NCBI GenBank assembly: GCA_964633955.1
Contig: CAZWIA010000002.1
Location: forward strand, 8,026 to 72,025
Source: an uncultured Candidatus Peribacteria bacterium
Lineage (GTDB): Bacteria > Patescibacteriota > Gracilibacteria > Peribacterales > Peribacteraceae
DNA: 64,000 nucleotides
Direction of reading: 5' to 3'
Both the position numbers and the translations under genes were made by a program. Below the pieces are notes generated by a model. The model was given only the letters and a program-made list of their open reading frames with translations, had not been told where the DNA came from and did no database searches. Below, in pieces: positions 41,624 through 50,334 of the stretch; positions within the stretch are counted from its first letter, which is position 1; the number at the start of each line of letters is the position of its first letter.

Positions 41624-42730
41624 ATGCGCTTCCTCTTCACCCGCTTCCCGCTGGAATCCGCCTTTGGCGGAGCGGAGGTGCAGACCTTGTCCCTCATGGA
41701 CGGGCTGCGCGACCGGGGCCACTCCGTATCCTTCCTGGGCAGCTGCCAGACGCTCCTGGCGGAATGCAAGAAGCGCGGCATTGTAGCGACCGAGCGGGAC
41801 ATTGGCCCGCCGCCGGTGACCAAGCGGGACGCCGTGAGTTTCCTGTGGCGGCGGAGCGCCATGCGGCGAGCGCTCCGGGAGGAGATTGCGCGGCTGGGAT
41901 CCCAGGACGCGGTCCTCATGCTGAGCCTGACGGAGAAACTGCTCCTCACCCACCCGCTCCACGCTTCCGGCACGCGCGTGGTATGGGTGGAGCACGACCG
42001 GGTGGGCCGGTGGCTGCGTCGCAATCCTTGGTTGCCGCAGTTGCGGCGCATGAGCGCCTACGCCACCACGGTGACCGTCTCCGGCCTCAGCCGGCGGATC
42101 TACCTGGATCTGGGATTCCCCCCGGAACGCGTGACGGTGATCCCGAACGGCATAGACCTCCGGCGATTCCCACCGTCTGTCCGGCCACGCACGGGCGGCG
42201 TGCCCCACGTGGGGTGCGTGGCGCGGCTGTCTTGGGAGAAGGGCGTGGACGTGCTCATAGGCGCGCTCGGCCGGGTATCCGGCGTGCGGGCCACCATTGT
42301 GGGCGGAGGGCCGGAGGAGGGCGCGATCTCACGGCAGATCACGGAGGAGAAGCTGGCCGGACGGGTGAAGATCATAGCGCCCGGGCGCGATCTCCGGGAC
42401 TTCTACCAGTCGATCGACCTGCTAGTTCTCCCATCCCGCGATCACGATCCCTTTGGTCTGGTGGCGGCGGAAGCCATGGCGCTGGGGATTCCGGTAATTG
42501 TCACGGACGCGTGCGGCATAGCGGAATACTGCTCCTCTGGCACGGACGCGGTGGTGGTGCCAGCGGGTTCCGTGAGCGCGCTGGAAGAGGCGATCGCGCA
42601 CCTGCGCGACCAGCCGCACTTGCGCCATGCGATCGGCGAAGCCGGACAACTGCGGGCCCGGCAGGCGTTCGGCGCGGAGCACATGGTGGACGCCTATGAG
42701 AAACTCCTCCAAAGGGATGCGCGCCGGTGA
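41624..42730 (+). CDS. GT4-family glycosyltransferase
   Basis: MRFLFTRFPLESAFGGAEVQTL N-terminus and a C-terminal E.FGLV..EAMALGIPVIVTD core. Confidence 0.85.
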   Translation: MRFLFTRFPLESAFGGAEVQTLSLMDGLRDRGHSVSFLGSCQTLLAECKKRGIVATERDIGPPPVTKRDAVSFLWRRSAMRRALREEIARLGSQDAVLMLSLTEKLLLTHPLHASGTRVVWVEHDRVGRWLRRNPWLPQLRRMSAYATTVTVSGLSRRIYLDLGFPPERVTVIPNGIDLRRFPPSVRPRTGGVPHVGCVARLSWEKGVDVLIGALGRVSGVRATIVGGGPEEGAISRQITEEKLAGRVKIIAPGRDLRDFYQSIDLLVLPSRDHDPFGLVAAEAMALGIPVIVTDACGIAEYCSSGTDAVVVPAGSVSALEEAIAHLRDQPHLRHAIGEAGQLRARQAFGAEHMVDAYEKLLQRDARR

Positions 42731-42752
42731 AGGATGGGTACAATGCCCCGGC

Positions 42753-45284
42753 ATGAAGCACGCCACATCGCTCATCGCGATCCTTTCCACGGTCGCCACG
42801 CTCGGTAGCGCTCCGTTGGACCAATTGCCGCTCGCGCCCCATTTTCCTCTTGCTCACGTCTCACATCTCACATCTCAGGTCTCAGGTCTCGCCGCCTCCC
42901 GCCAAGCAGCCGGCACCAACGGCCTGCATGTCTTTGCCGCCCCCATCGATGCGCTCAGTGTGACGCTCAGGGAGAAAGACCAGACCGCGCAGGTGCGCGC
43001 GTTTGACGGCACTGCATGGAGCGCCTGGGAGGAACTCCGGGTGGAGGATGAACAGGACCCAACGCTCATGGAATCGAACCTCGTGGTGTTCCAGGTACCC
43101 GTGGGCACGGTCGAATTCCGGAGCAGCGCACAGTTCACAGTGAATCCCATCCGGGTCTCAGGCGCGCCTGCGTCCTACCGCGTGGCAGCCACTCAAGATG
43201 TAGGGACGCCGCGCATCCTCTCCCGCCGGGACTGGGGGGCGGATGAGAGCCTGAGGCTCAGAAACGGCCACGCGCCCAGCCGCAGCGACGACGACATCAC
43301 GAGCGAGGTGAGCGGCAACGGCGCGCTCACTGCCCGCCAGCGGGAGTGCCTGGATGCGATTGAAGGCTATCCCCAGGATTTCAAGCGCGCCAAGAAGCGG
43401 GTGGATGAGCTGAACGGCAAACCGCTCCTGTGGCCGCAGGAGTACTCGCCGTCCATCGGGCTCCTGGTCGTGCACCACACCGCTGTTCGGTCGGACGGCG
43501 ATACACGGCCTGGCGCGGAGCGCATGCGCGCGCTGTATCAGTACCATGCCGTGAACCGCGGCTGGGGGGACATTGGCTACCACTACGTGATTGACGATGA
43601 CGGCCGGATCTACCAAGGCCGTGCCGGCGGCGACCGAGTGGTGGGCGGCCACGCGTACTGCAATAACGTGGGGACACTGGGCATCGCACTCATGGGGAAC
43701 TTTGAGGTAGAGGAGCCCACCCAGAAGCAGGTAAAGAGCCTGCAGTGGCTGCTCCAGCACCTGGCGGAGCAGGAGGAGATAGACCTGCAGACGGACGTCA
43801 CGTACCATGGCAAGTCCCTCCCGCGCATCGTGGGCCACCGGCAGCTCCTGACTACTGACTGCCCCGGCTACTACCTCTACGAGGCCATGGACCAGCTGCG
43901 CAGCAACGTGGCAGCCGGACGGATAGACAAGGCGCTCGTGTTCCCGGAGGGCGCGCAGCGCATGAGTCAGAAGCAGGACAAGCCGCGGGCAACGATCGCC
44001 ATAGGCCAGAAAGGGACGTTCTTCTTTCAGGACGCAGACTACGTGGGGCGGCCGGGCGGGGACGTGCTCTTCCCCGTGCGGTTTTTGGCCAGCCAGGCGC
44101 TCAGCCAGCGCAGCGTGATTGGCAAGCTCACCCGCTCAGACGAGCGCCTGGCGGTATACCTGGTAGGCGAGCAGGAGGCCGTGCGCCTCCGGGACAACGT
44201 GCTGCTGCCGCAGTTCCTGCGCAAGGGGGACACCACCACGCTCTACATCCGCGTGGTCCTGCCGCCGGATCCGGGAACGTACCAGCTCACCATAGATTCC
44301 CTCCGCTACACGCTCAAGGCGGAGGGCCGCCGCGTGCGCACCGCCACGGCCGTGGGCCAGAGGCGGCTCTCCCGCCAGGCCGGCCAGACGCTTGGTTCTC
44401 AACCGAATGGCGGCAGCGCCTCTCCCGCCGCGCCGGCACCCACGGCGCCGGACAACGGCCCCCTGGTCCGTATCCTGCTGAGTTACGAGTCCAACGATCC
44501 GGATCATCCCGACCGCGCGTTCCTGGACGCGCCGCAGGGCGCCAGACTGGACGGCAAGCCGGTCAGCGGCACCGTGGTCTTTGAGAAGAAGGGCGATACG
44601 TGCGAGGCGAGCAACGAGCTGGGCTTCCTGGCTGGCGGTACGCCCCGCCTCCACCCGCACGGCAAGATCCTCACCGTAGAGAGTTGGAATTCCGCCTTTA
44701 ACCAGTTCCGCGGCACGATCGAATGCCGGATTGTGGACGGACGCTTAGCGCTCATCAATGAACTCCCCATGGAGGACTACCTGCGGGGACTGGCGGAGGA
44801 GCCGGATTCAGAGCCCTATGAGAAGCAGCGCGCGTTCGCGATTGCGGCGCGCACCTACGCGCAGTGGTACCTGAGCCCCCAGAACCGCAAGTTCCCCGGC
44901 AAGCCGTATGATGGATCAGACAGTCCGGCCGTGTTCCAGAAGTACTCCGGCTACGCCTATGAACTGAAACATCCGAGCTGGCTCAAGGCGCTCGAATCCA
45001 CCAGGCACCAAGTGCTCCTGAAGGACGGCCAGCTCATCAAGCCGCCGTACTTCTCACAGAGTAACGGCCGGACCCTCAGCCCCGCCGAAGCCGGCTGGAA
45101 GACGTTCCCGTTTGCGGAGGTCTTTGCGAGCAAGCCGGACCCCTGGTGCCAGGGCATGGAGCAGCGCGGGCATGGCGTTGGCATGAGCGGCTGCGGCGCG
45201 GAAGCCCAGGCGGAGGAGGGCAAGACCGCGGAGGAGATTTTACAATACTATTATACGGGGATCACAATCGGACGGGTGAGATGA
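42753..45284 (+). CDS. fusion protein: signal peptide, N-acetylmuramoyl-L-alanine amidase (Amidase_2/PGRP-type) domain, SpoIID/LytB domain
   Basis: The amidase part has LLVVHHTAV, GYHYVIDDDGRIYQGR, GGHA..N..TLGIALMGNF and GHRQL..TDCPG. The SpoIID part has MEDYLRGLAEEP, QKYSGY, PPYFSQSNGRT and GHGVGMSGCGA. Confidence 0.85.
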   Translation: MKHATSLIAILSTVATLGSAPLDQLPLAPHFPLAHVSHLTSQVSGLAASRQAAGTNGLHVFAAPIDALSVTLREKDQTAQVRAFDGTAWSAWEELRVEDEQDPTLMESNLVVFQVPVGTVEFRSSAQFTVNPIRVSGAPASYRVAATQDVGTPRILSRRDWGADESLRLRNGHAPSRSDDDITSEVSGNGALTARQRECLDAIEGYPQDFKRAKKRVDELNGKPLLWPQEYSPSIGLLVVHHTAVRSDGDTRPGAERMRALYQYHAVNRGWGDIGYHYVIDDDGRIYQGRAGGDRVVGGHAYCNNVGTLGIALMGNFEVEEPTQKQVKSLQWLLQHLAEQEEIDLQTDVTYHGKSLPRIVGHRQLLTTDCPGYYLYEAMDQLRSNVAAGRIDKALVFPEGAQRMSQKQDKPRATIAIGQKGTFFFQDADYVGRPGGDVLFPVRFLASQALSQRSVIGKLTRSDERLAVYLVGEQEAVRLRDNVLLPQFLRKGDTTTLYIRVVLPPDPGTYQLTIDSLRYTLKAEGRRVRTATAVGQRRLSRQAGQTLGSQPNGGSASPAAPAPTAPDNGPLVRILLSYESNDPDHPDRAFLDAPQGARLDGKPVSGTVVFEKKGDTCEASNELGFLAGGTPRLHPHGKILTVESWNSAFNQFRGTIECRIVDGRLALINELPMEDYLRGLAEEPDSEPYEKQRAFAIAARTYAQWYLSPQNRKFPGKPYDGSDSPAVFQKYSGYAYELKHPSWLKALESTRHQVLLKDGQLIKPPYFSQSNGRTLSPAEAGWKTFPFAEVFASKPDPWCQGMEQRGHGVGMSGCGAEAQAEEGKTAEEILQYYYTGITIGRVR

Positions 45285-45290
45285 GGAGCA

Positions 45291-45382
45291 CGATCGAATG
45301 TGGAATGTGGAATATCGAATGTCGAACGATCGTACGCAAGGATGCTGATCGATATTCCACATTCGATATTCGACATTCGATC
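45291..45382. repeat. heptamer-array hairpin (GAATGTS flavour) between convergent genes
   Basis: The left arm GAATGTG GAATGTG GAATATC GAATGTC GAACGATCG pairs with the right arm GATCGATATTCCACATTCGATATTCGACATTCGATC. Confidence 0.75.
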
Positions 45383-45422
45383 AGCCTCTCTTGGAAACCG
45401 GAACAGGGCGCGATGAACACCT

Positions 45423-45815
45423 TCAGTCCTGCAGCTTCAGTGGCGGCTGCACGGTATGGGCGGCCGTGAGGAGCACCTGGTTCACGTGCGAATCCTGGAC
45501 CGTGCTCATCTCCCAGATGATATTCACGATCATCTTGTCATCTGCCATCTTGGTACGGCAGCGATCGATCAGGTCGCAGAGGATCTCCACCTCGCTGCGC
45601 GCACTGGAGGTAGACACGCAGAAGAGCTCCCCGGGCTGTTCGATCACGAAGCTCTTATCCCGCGTGCGCCGGTCAATGAGCCGCATGATGAGGTGACGGG
45701 TGAAATCCCGGATCACCCGGTAGCTGAGGAGCAGGCGGGCCACGTCCTGTTCCACGCCGTGCCCAAAGTGATCCTTGGCCCTGTCTACGATGTCCTTCTC
45801 CTCAGAGAGCGGCAT
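45423..45815 (-). CDS. hypothetical protein
   Basis: 130-aa ORF divergent from zwf. No family recognised. Confidence 0.5.
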   Translation of the reverse strand: MPLSEEKDIVDRAKDHFGHGVEQDVARLLLSYRVIRDFTRHLIMRLIDRRTRDKSFVIEQPGELFCVSTSSARSEVEILCDLIDRCRTKMADDKMIVNIIWEMSTVQDSHVNQVLLTAAHTVQPPLKLQD

Positions 45816-45900
45816 GGCGCCACTGTGGCAAAGGGCATCCGGCCAGTCAACGGCAGGGATCCCCGCGCCGGAGATCTTCGCAATTCCGCCGCCCTCCGCC

Positions 45901-45906
45901 TACACT
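45901..45906 (+). promoter_or_regulatory. -10-like TACACT 6 nt upstream of the zwf ATG (leaderless candidate)
   Basis: TACACT-cccccc-ATG, with no Shine-Dalgarno sequence. Confidence 0.35.
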
Positions 45907-45912
45907 CCCCCC

Positions 45913-47364
45913 ATGATCACCGCCGAGCACCCCTTCACCTTTGTCCTCTTTGGCGCATCCGGCCACCTGGCCCGGCAGAAGATCTACCCCGCGCTCTTCA
46001 CGCTGGCGCTCAAGGACCGGTTCCCGGAGCACTACGCCGTCATCGGCTACGCCCGGACGGACATGACGGAGGAAGGGTTCCGCGCGCTGGTAGCAGAAGC
46101 CATCCAGAAGGACATGCCCGGAACGAGCGAGCGGGAACTGGCGGACTTCCTCACGCACGTCCACTACCAGAGGGGCCAGTACGACCAGCTCACGGACTTC
46201 CAGAGCCTCGCCGACCGCATCGCGACCATGGAGAAGCAGTGGGGCGTGGGAACGGAGGCGGTGAGACTGGCGTACCTGAGCGTGCCGCCGCAGGTCTTTG
46301 TCTCCGTCATCCACAAGCTGTGCGAGGGCGGCGTGCGGGCGGCGGACCGGCCGTTTAGGGTGATCGTGGAGAAGCCGGTGGGACATGACCTGGCAAGCTT
46401 CCGCACGGTGGAACAGCAGCTCATTCGCTGCTTCCGGGAGGAGGAGATCTACCTGCTGGACCACTACCTGGGCAAGGACGCCGTGCGGAACGTCTACTAC
46501 CTGCGCTACGCCAACCCGGTGATGGCGCAGCTGCTCACCAATGCCGTGGTGGAGCACGTGGAGATCACCGCCATGGAGAGCGACGGCGCGGGAGACCGCG
46601 CCGGCTACTTTGAGGGAACTGGCACGTTCCGGGACATGTTCCAGAGCCACCTGCTGCTCCTGGCTTCCCTGCTCACCATGCCGCTGCGGCACACGGAGGA
46701 GGAGATCAAAGAGAGCCGCCTGAGCGCGCTTAGGCGCCTCACCATACCGGAAGCGTCATCCCTGGGTGACGTGGTGCTCCAGGGGCAGTACCAAGCCGGC
46801 ACCGTAGCCGGACAGGCGGCCTTGGGCTACACGGCGGAGAAGGGCGTAGCCGCCACCTCCCGCACCAACACCTACGCCGCGCTGGCGCTTGAGACCCGTG
46901 AACCGCTCTGGGCCGGCGTGCCGTTCTTCCTGCGGTCCGGCAAGCGGCTCACCAAGAAAGAAACGCGCATCACGCTGGACTTCCGGGACGCCCGCGGCGG
47001 CGCGCCGCACGTGGAAAATAACCGCCTGGACATCATCCTGCAGGGGGAAGCCGGGCTGCGCATGCATTTACAGACCAAGATGGGGGGCACGGAGCCGCTC
47101 TTCCGGCCGCTCATTATGGAGGATCCCCTGGTCTGCTACGGCGATTGCCTGCCGGAACACGGGCTTCTCCTGCTGGAAGCCATCCGGGGCAAGAAGCACT
47201 GGTTCCTCAGTTTCTCAGAAGTGCTGGCCGCATGGGAGCTCATTGATCCGCTGCAAGCGCATTTGGACAAGCCGGAGACGCCGCTCCATCCGTACGCGGC
47301 GGGATCGCGCGGCCCGGCGGCGGCGGACACGTGGATTGCGGCGCGGGGGTGCCAGTGGTTCTAG
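45913..47364 (+). CDS. zwf: glucose-6-phosphate dehydrogenase
   Basis: Start at MITAEHPFTFVLFGASGHLARQKIYPALF (NADP-binding site). LLDHYLGKD active-site motif. Confidence 0.93.
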   Translation: MITAEHPFTFVLFGASGHLARQKIYPALFTLALKDRFPEHYAVIGYARTDMTEEGFRALVAEAIQKDMPGTSERELADFLTHVHYQRGQYDQLTDFQSLADRIATMEKQWGVGTEAVRLAYLSVPPQVFVSVIHKLCEGGVRAADRPFRVIVEKPVGHDLASFRTVEQQLIRCFREEEIYLLDHYLGKDAVRNVYYLRYANPVMAQLLTNAVVEHVEITAMESDGAGDRAGYFEGTGTFRDMFQSHLLLLASLLTMPLRHTEEEIKESRLSALRRLTIPEASSLGDVVLQGQYQAGTVAGQAALGYTAEKGVAATSRTNTYAALALETREPLWAGVPFFLRSGKRLTKKETRITLDFRDARGGAPHVENNRLDIILQGEAGLRMHLQTKMGGTEPLFRPLIMEDPLVCYGDCLPEHGLLLLEAIRGKKHWFLSFSEVLAAWELIDPLQAHLDKPETPLHPYAAGSRGPAAADTWIAARGCQWF

Positions 47365-47710
47365 GCGGCCAGGGGCACAGGGCCGCTTCTACTTCTTCAC
47401 AGGTTTCCCGCATCACGCGTATCACCTCCTGGTCCACCCGTTCCGCCGGCAGCTCTTCCACGCAACGGGAGAGGGCCATCCGCACGCCCATGAGGAACAT
47501 TTCCCGGTCCGCCCGCGTGAGGAGCCGGTCGGGATTGGGCGCGGTGGATTCAAAGTAGCCGTGCACAGCCAGCGCGGTCCCCACGCGTGAACCGTACTCC
47601 AAGAGCCACTGCGCAAAAGGCGTATCGCGACCGGCTTCCCGCAGGCGGCGCGCGGCCGTCTGCTCCGTCTGCTCCAGCATCTGCCCCAGAGTGACGCTTG
47701 CGGGCATCAT
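47240..47710 (-). CDS. hypothetical helical protein between zwf and pgl (low-complexity tail overlaps the zwf 3' end)
   Basis: ORF only. Plausible composition from MMPASVTLGQMLEQ. Its last ~40 codons overlap zwf. Confidence 0.4.
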   Translation of the reverse strand: MMPASVTLGQMLEQTEQTAARRLREAGRDTPFAQWLLEYGSRVGTALAVHGYFESTAPNPDRLLTRADREMFLMGVRMALSRCVEELPAERVDQEVIRVMRETCEEVEAALCPWPPRTTGTPAPQSTCPPPPGRAIPPRTDGAASPACPNALAADQ

Positions 47711-47747
47711 GGGGGTATTGTACTCCCTCACCCGCTGGCCGTAAGGT

Positions 47748-48437
47748 GTGACCATGCCCGTGCAGGTGATCTACATGGATGCGCCCGACCAACTGGTGGA
47801 ACGCGCCACGCGGTCGCTGGAAGCGGAGATCAGCCGCGTCATCCGCCAGAAGGACCACTGTTCCCTGGGCCTCTCCGGCGGCTCCACGCCCCTGCCCGTC
47901 TATGGACAGCTGGCCAGGTCCGACCGGATCGACTGGAGCCGCGTTACGCTCTTCCCCCTGGATGAGCGGTTCGTGCCGACCGCGCATCCGGACAGCAACC
48001 AGGGCGCCATCCTGCGCGCCCTGAGTGCGGCAGATCCCCAGCCGCACACCCTCTTCCCGGATACCAGCCTCCAGCTGGACGAGTGTCTGCTGCAGTACCG
48101 CATGCAGCTCCGGCCGCTCCTGCAACAGCAGGGGCTGGACGTGGCCGTACTGGGCATGGGGACGGACGGCCACACCGCCTCGCTCTTCCCGCCGCTCCCG
48201 GCGGAAGCATTCTCCGATCTCCTGGTCATCCCCGCGCGCACCGACCATCACGCGGTGTCCCAGCGCCTGAGTGTCACGCTCCCCGTGCTCCAGTCCGCCC
48301 GCTTCCGCCTGCTGCTCCTGTCTGGTCCGGACAAGGCGGAGACGTGGGAACGGATGATGAAGAGCGACGTACGCCTCCGCCGCTGGCCCCTGCAGGGCTT
48401 GCTGGACGAACGCACCACCGTCATGATCGCCGCATGA
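47748..48437 (+). CDS. pgl: 6-phosphogluconolactonase
   Basis: LGLSGGSTP, FPLDERFVP and VLGMGTDGHTASLFP motifs. Confidence 0.88.
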   Translation: MTMPVQVIYMDAPDQLVERATRSLEAEISRVIRQKDHCSLGLSGGSTPLPVYGQLARSDRIDWSRVTLFPLDERFVPTAHPDSNQGAILRALSAADPQPHTLFPDTSLQLDECLLQYRMQLRPLLQQQGLDVAVLGMGTDGHTASLFPPLPAEAFSDLLVIPARTDHHAVSQRLSVTLPVLQSARFRLLLLSGPDKAETWERMMKSDVRLRRWPLQGLLDERTTVMIAA

Positions 48438-48470
48438 GCAAGGCGAGCTGACCACCAGCCAAGCCGTAAT

Positions 48471-48488
48471 GACGCCGCATGCGGCGTC
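48471..48488. terminator. perfect 18-nt palindrome between the pgl and Fic gene stops
   Basis: GACGCCGCATGCGGCGTC. Confidence 0.55.
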
Positions 48489-48549
48489 TCGGTACGCGCT
48501 CATAGACGGGTGGGATCCAAGGAAGGCAGTAACGCCCCTGTGACCAACT

Positions 48550-49686
48550 CTACCTTGAGAGAATTTGCAGATAGTCCGCAAAAACAAATAGCCGGTTTCT
48601 CCTCTTGCCTGTGATTTCATGCAAAATTTTCTGATCGATGAATCGCCTCGTGAGATCGTTTGCGGATTTCGTCGTGAGGCCGGTCGCCTGCTCCACATCC
48701 TTTACGGTCAAAACGGGCTGAGTGAACAGCTGCTGTAGGAGTTTTTGCCCAGCTGTCACCTGTCTGCCCATCTTGGGGAGACGCTCGGTCATAAGAGCAT
48801 CTCGCAGTGCCATAATCTCCTGCAAGGTCCGAGCCGCATGCAGCGCAGTCTGCTCAACTGCATCCAAGAAGAACCGAACCCAACTCGTTAAATCGTTTTT
48901 TTCGCGCACCAGGGTCAAGCGGTCAAAGTACAATGTCTTATGCTTCTCAAAGTAGTCCGACGTATAGAGCAACGGAGCGTCGATCATCCCGAAGTGCATC
49001 AAAGACAAGGTGATGAGCAATCTTCCAATTCTTCCATTGCCATCAAGAAACGGGTGAATCGTTTCAAACTGATAATGGCAAATTGCCACCCTGACCAGAT
49101 TCGGCATTGCAATCGATTCATTCTGCATGAAGCGTTCCAGATCCGAGAGAAGATCCGGGAGATGCTCCGCGCTCGGCGGAATGAACATCGCATCATTCAA
49201 CGTGGCGCCACCGATCCAGTTTTGGCTTTTCCGAAATTCTCCCGGCTCTTTTCTCTCACCCCTTCCGTGAGAGAGTAAAATGCGATGCGACTCACGAATC
49301 AGCCGGCTGGAAAGAGGCAGCGCCTGGAGAGAACGCAGTGAGTGATCCATCGCCCTGATGTACTGATGCACCTCTAACCAAGTATCACGCTCTTCAGGAG
49401 CGATATCAGCCTCATCGGTGAATGCCTGCTCCATATTCGTTCGCGTACCTTCAATCCGGCTAGAAGTTACGGCCTCTTTTCGCACATACGATCGAATGAA
49501 CCGATTCATGTCCGGTATAAGCCGGGCAAAGGAGTTCAGTTCCCCTAATCGCAAAGAGGCACTTTCCAGCTTGCGCTGAATGAGAGCATCACTGATCGTC
49601 CAATCATGGTTAACTGGCTCAGGCAAAAAGTATTCATACTGGAAACCCTTTCGCTTTTTGCCAGCAATAAAATCCCGTAGATCCAT
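48550..49686 (-). CDS. fic: Fic-family protein (class II: N-terminal inhibitory helix, Fic core, C-terminal wHTH)
   Basis: HPFLDGNGRIGRLL core, an upstream SSRIEG motif ([S/T]xxxE[G/N]), and a C-terminal LTVKDVEQATGLTTKSANDLTRRF. Lower GC by eye. Confidence 0.9.
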   Translation of the reverse strand: MDLRDFIAGKKRKGFQYEYFLPEPVNHDWTISDALIQRKLESASLRLGELNSFARLIPDMNRFIRSYVRKEAVTSSRIEGTRTNMEQAFTDEADIAPEERDTWLEVHQYIRAMDHSLRSLQALPLSSRLIRESHRILLSHGRGERKEPGEFRKSQNWIGGATLNDAMFIPPSAEHLPDLLSDLERFMQNESIAMPNLVRVAICHYQFETIHPFLDGNGRIGRLLITLSLMHFGMIDAPLLYTSDYFEKHKTLYFDRLTLVREKNDLTSWVRFFLDAVEQTALHAARTLQEIMALRDALMTERLPKMGRQVTAGQKLLQQLFTQPVLTVKDVEQATGLTTKSANDLTRRFIDQKILHEITGKRRNRLFVFADYLQILSR

Positions 49687-49783
49687 TAGTTTAGTTTACC
49701 CCCTTAAAGTAAATTAGAGAAATCCATAATTTACCTTCAGAAATAATCAATAGAATTGGCGTTTTACATACAAATACAGGGCC

Positions 49784-50272
49784 TCACGCCCCCCAATCCA
49801 GCTCCTTCAGGTGATCCACCACCCGGCCCTCCACAACACACACCAGATCCATCCGATACCCGCCTTCATACCCGCGCTCTCTGACCCACCGCCTGGCGGC
49901 GCGGACCATAGCGCGGCGCTTCCGGGCATCCAGCCCCAGCTCCGGCCGGAAGTCCTGGGACCAGGCGGATCGCGCCTTCACTTCCACAAAGACCAGGGAC
50001 TGTTCACTCGGGTCGTACGCCAGGATGTCGATCTGATCCCGCTCCAGCCGCACGTCCCGCCCCAGCACCAGAAAGCCGCTCCGCTGGAGGTACGTGAGCG
50101 CCACATCCTCCCCCCGCCGCCCCACCGTCCGCCGATCCACCGATCGGTTGAGCGGCGCCGCAGGCAGTCCCAGGAGACGCACCACGGCCAACACTGTACG
50201 CGTTCGGAGGCTGCCCGTCGCCGAGCGGGACACAGGTTTGCCGCCTGTCCAGGAATTCCGCTGGTGCCTCAT
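49784..50272 (-). CDS. yraN: YraN-family (UPF0102) endonuclease-like protein
   Basis: GRRGEDVALTYLQRSGFLVLGRDVR....QIDILAYD....LVFVEVKAR core. The true start may lie downstream of the ORF start. Confidence 0.8.
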   Translation of the reverse strand: MRHQRNSWTGGKPVSRSATGSLRTRTVLAVVRLLGLPAAPLNRSVDRRTVGRRGEDVALTYLQRSGFLVLGRDVRLERDQIDILAYDPSEQSLVFVEVKARSAWSQDFRPELGLDARKRRAMVRAARRWVRERGYEGGYRMDLVCVVEGRVVDHLKELDWGA

Positions 50273-50334
50273 GGTGTACGACCGTACACTAGTCCCATCG
50301 CCTCCTCCACTCCCACTTCTTCCCCCCGCCTCCT

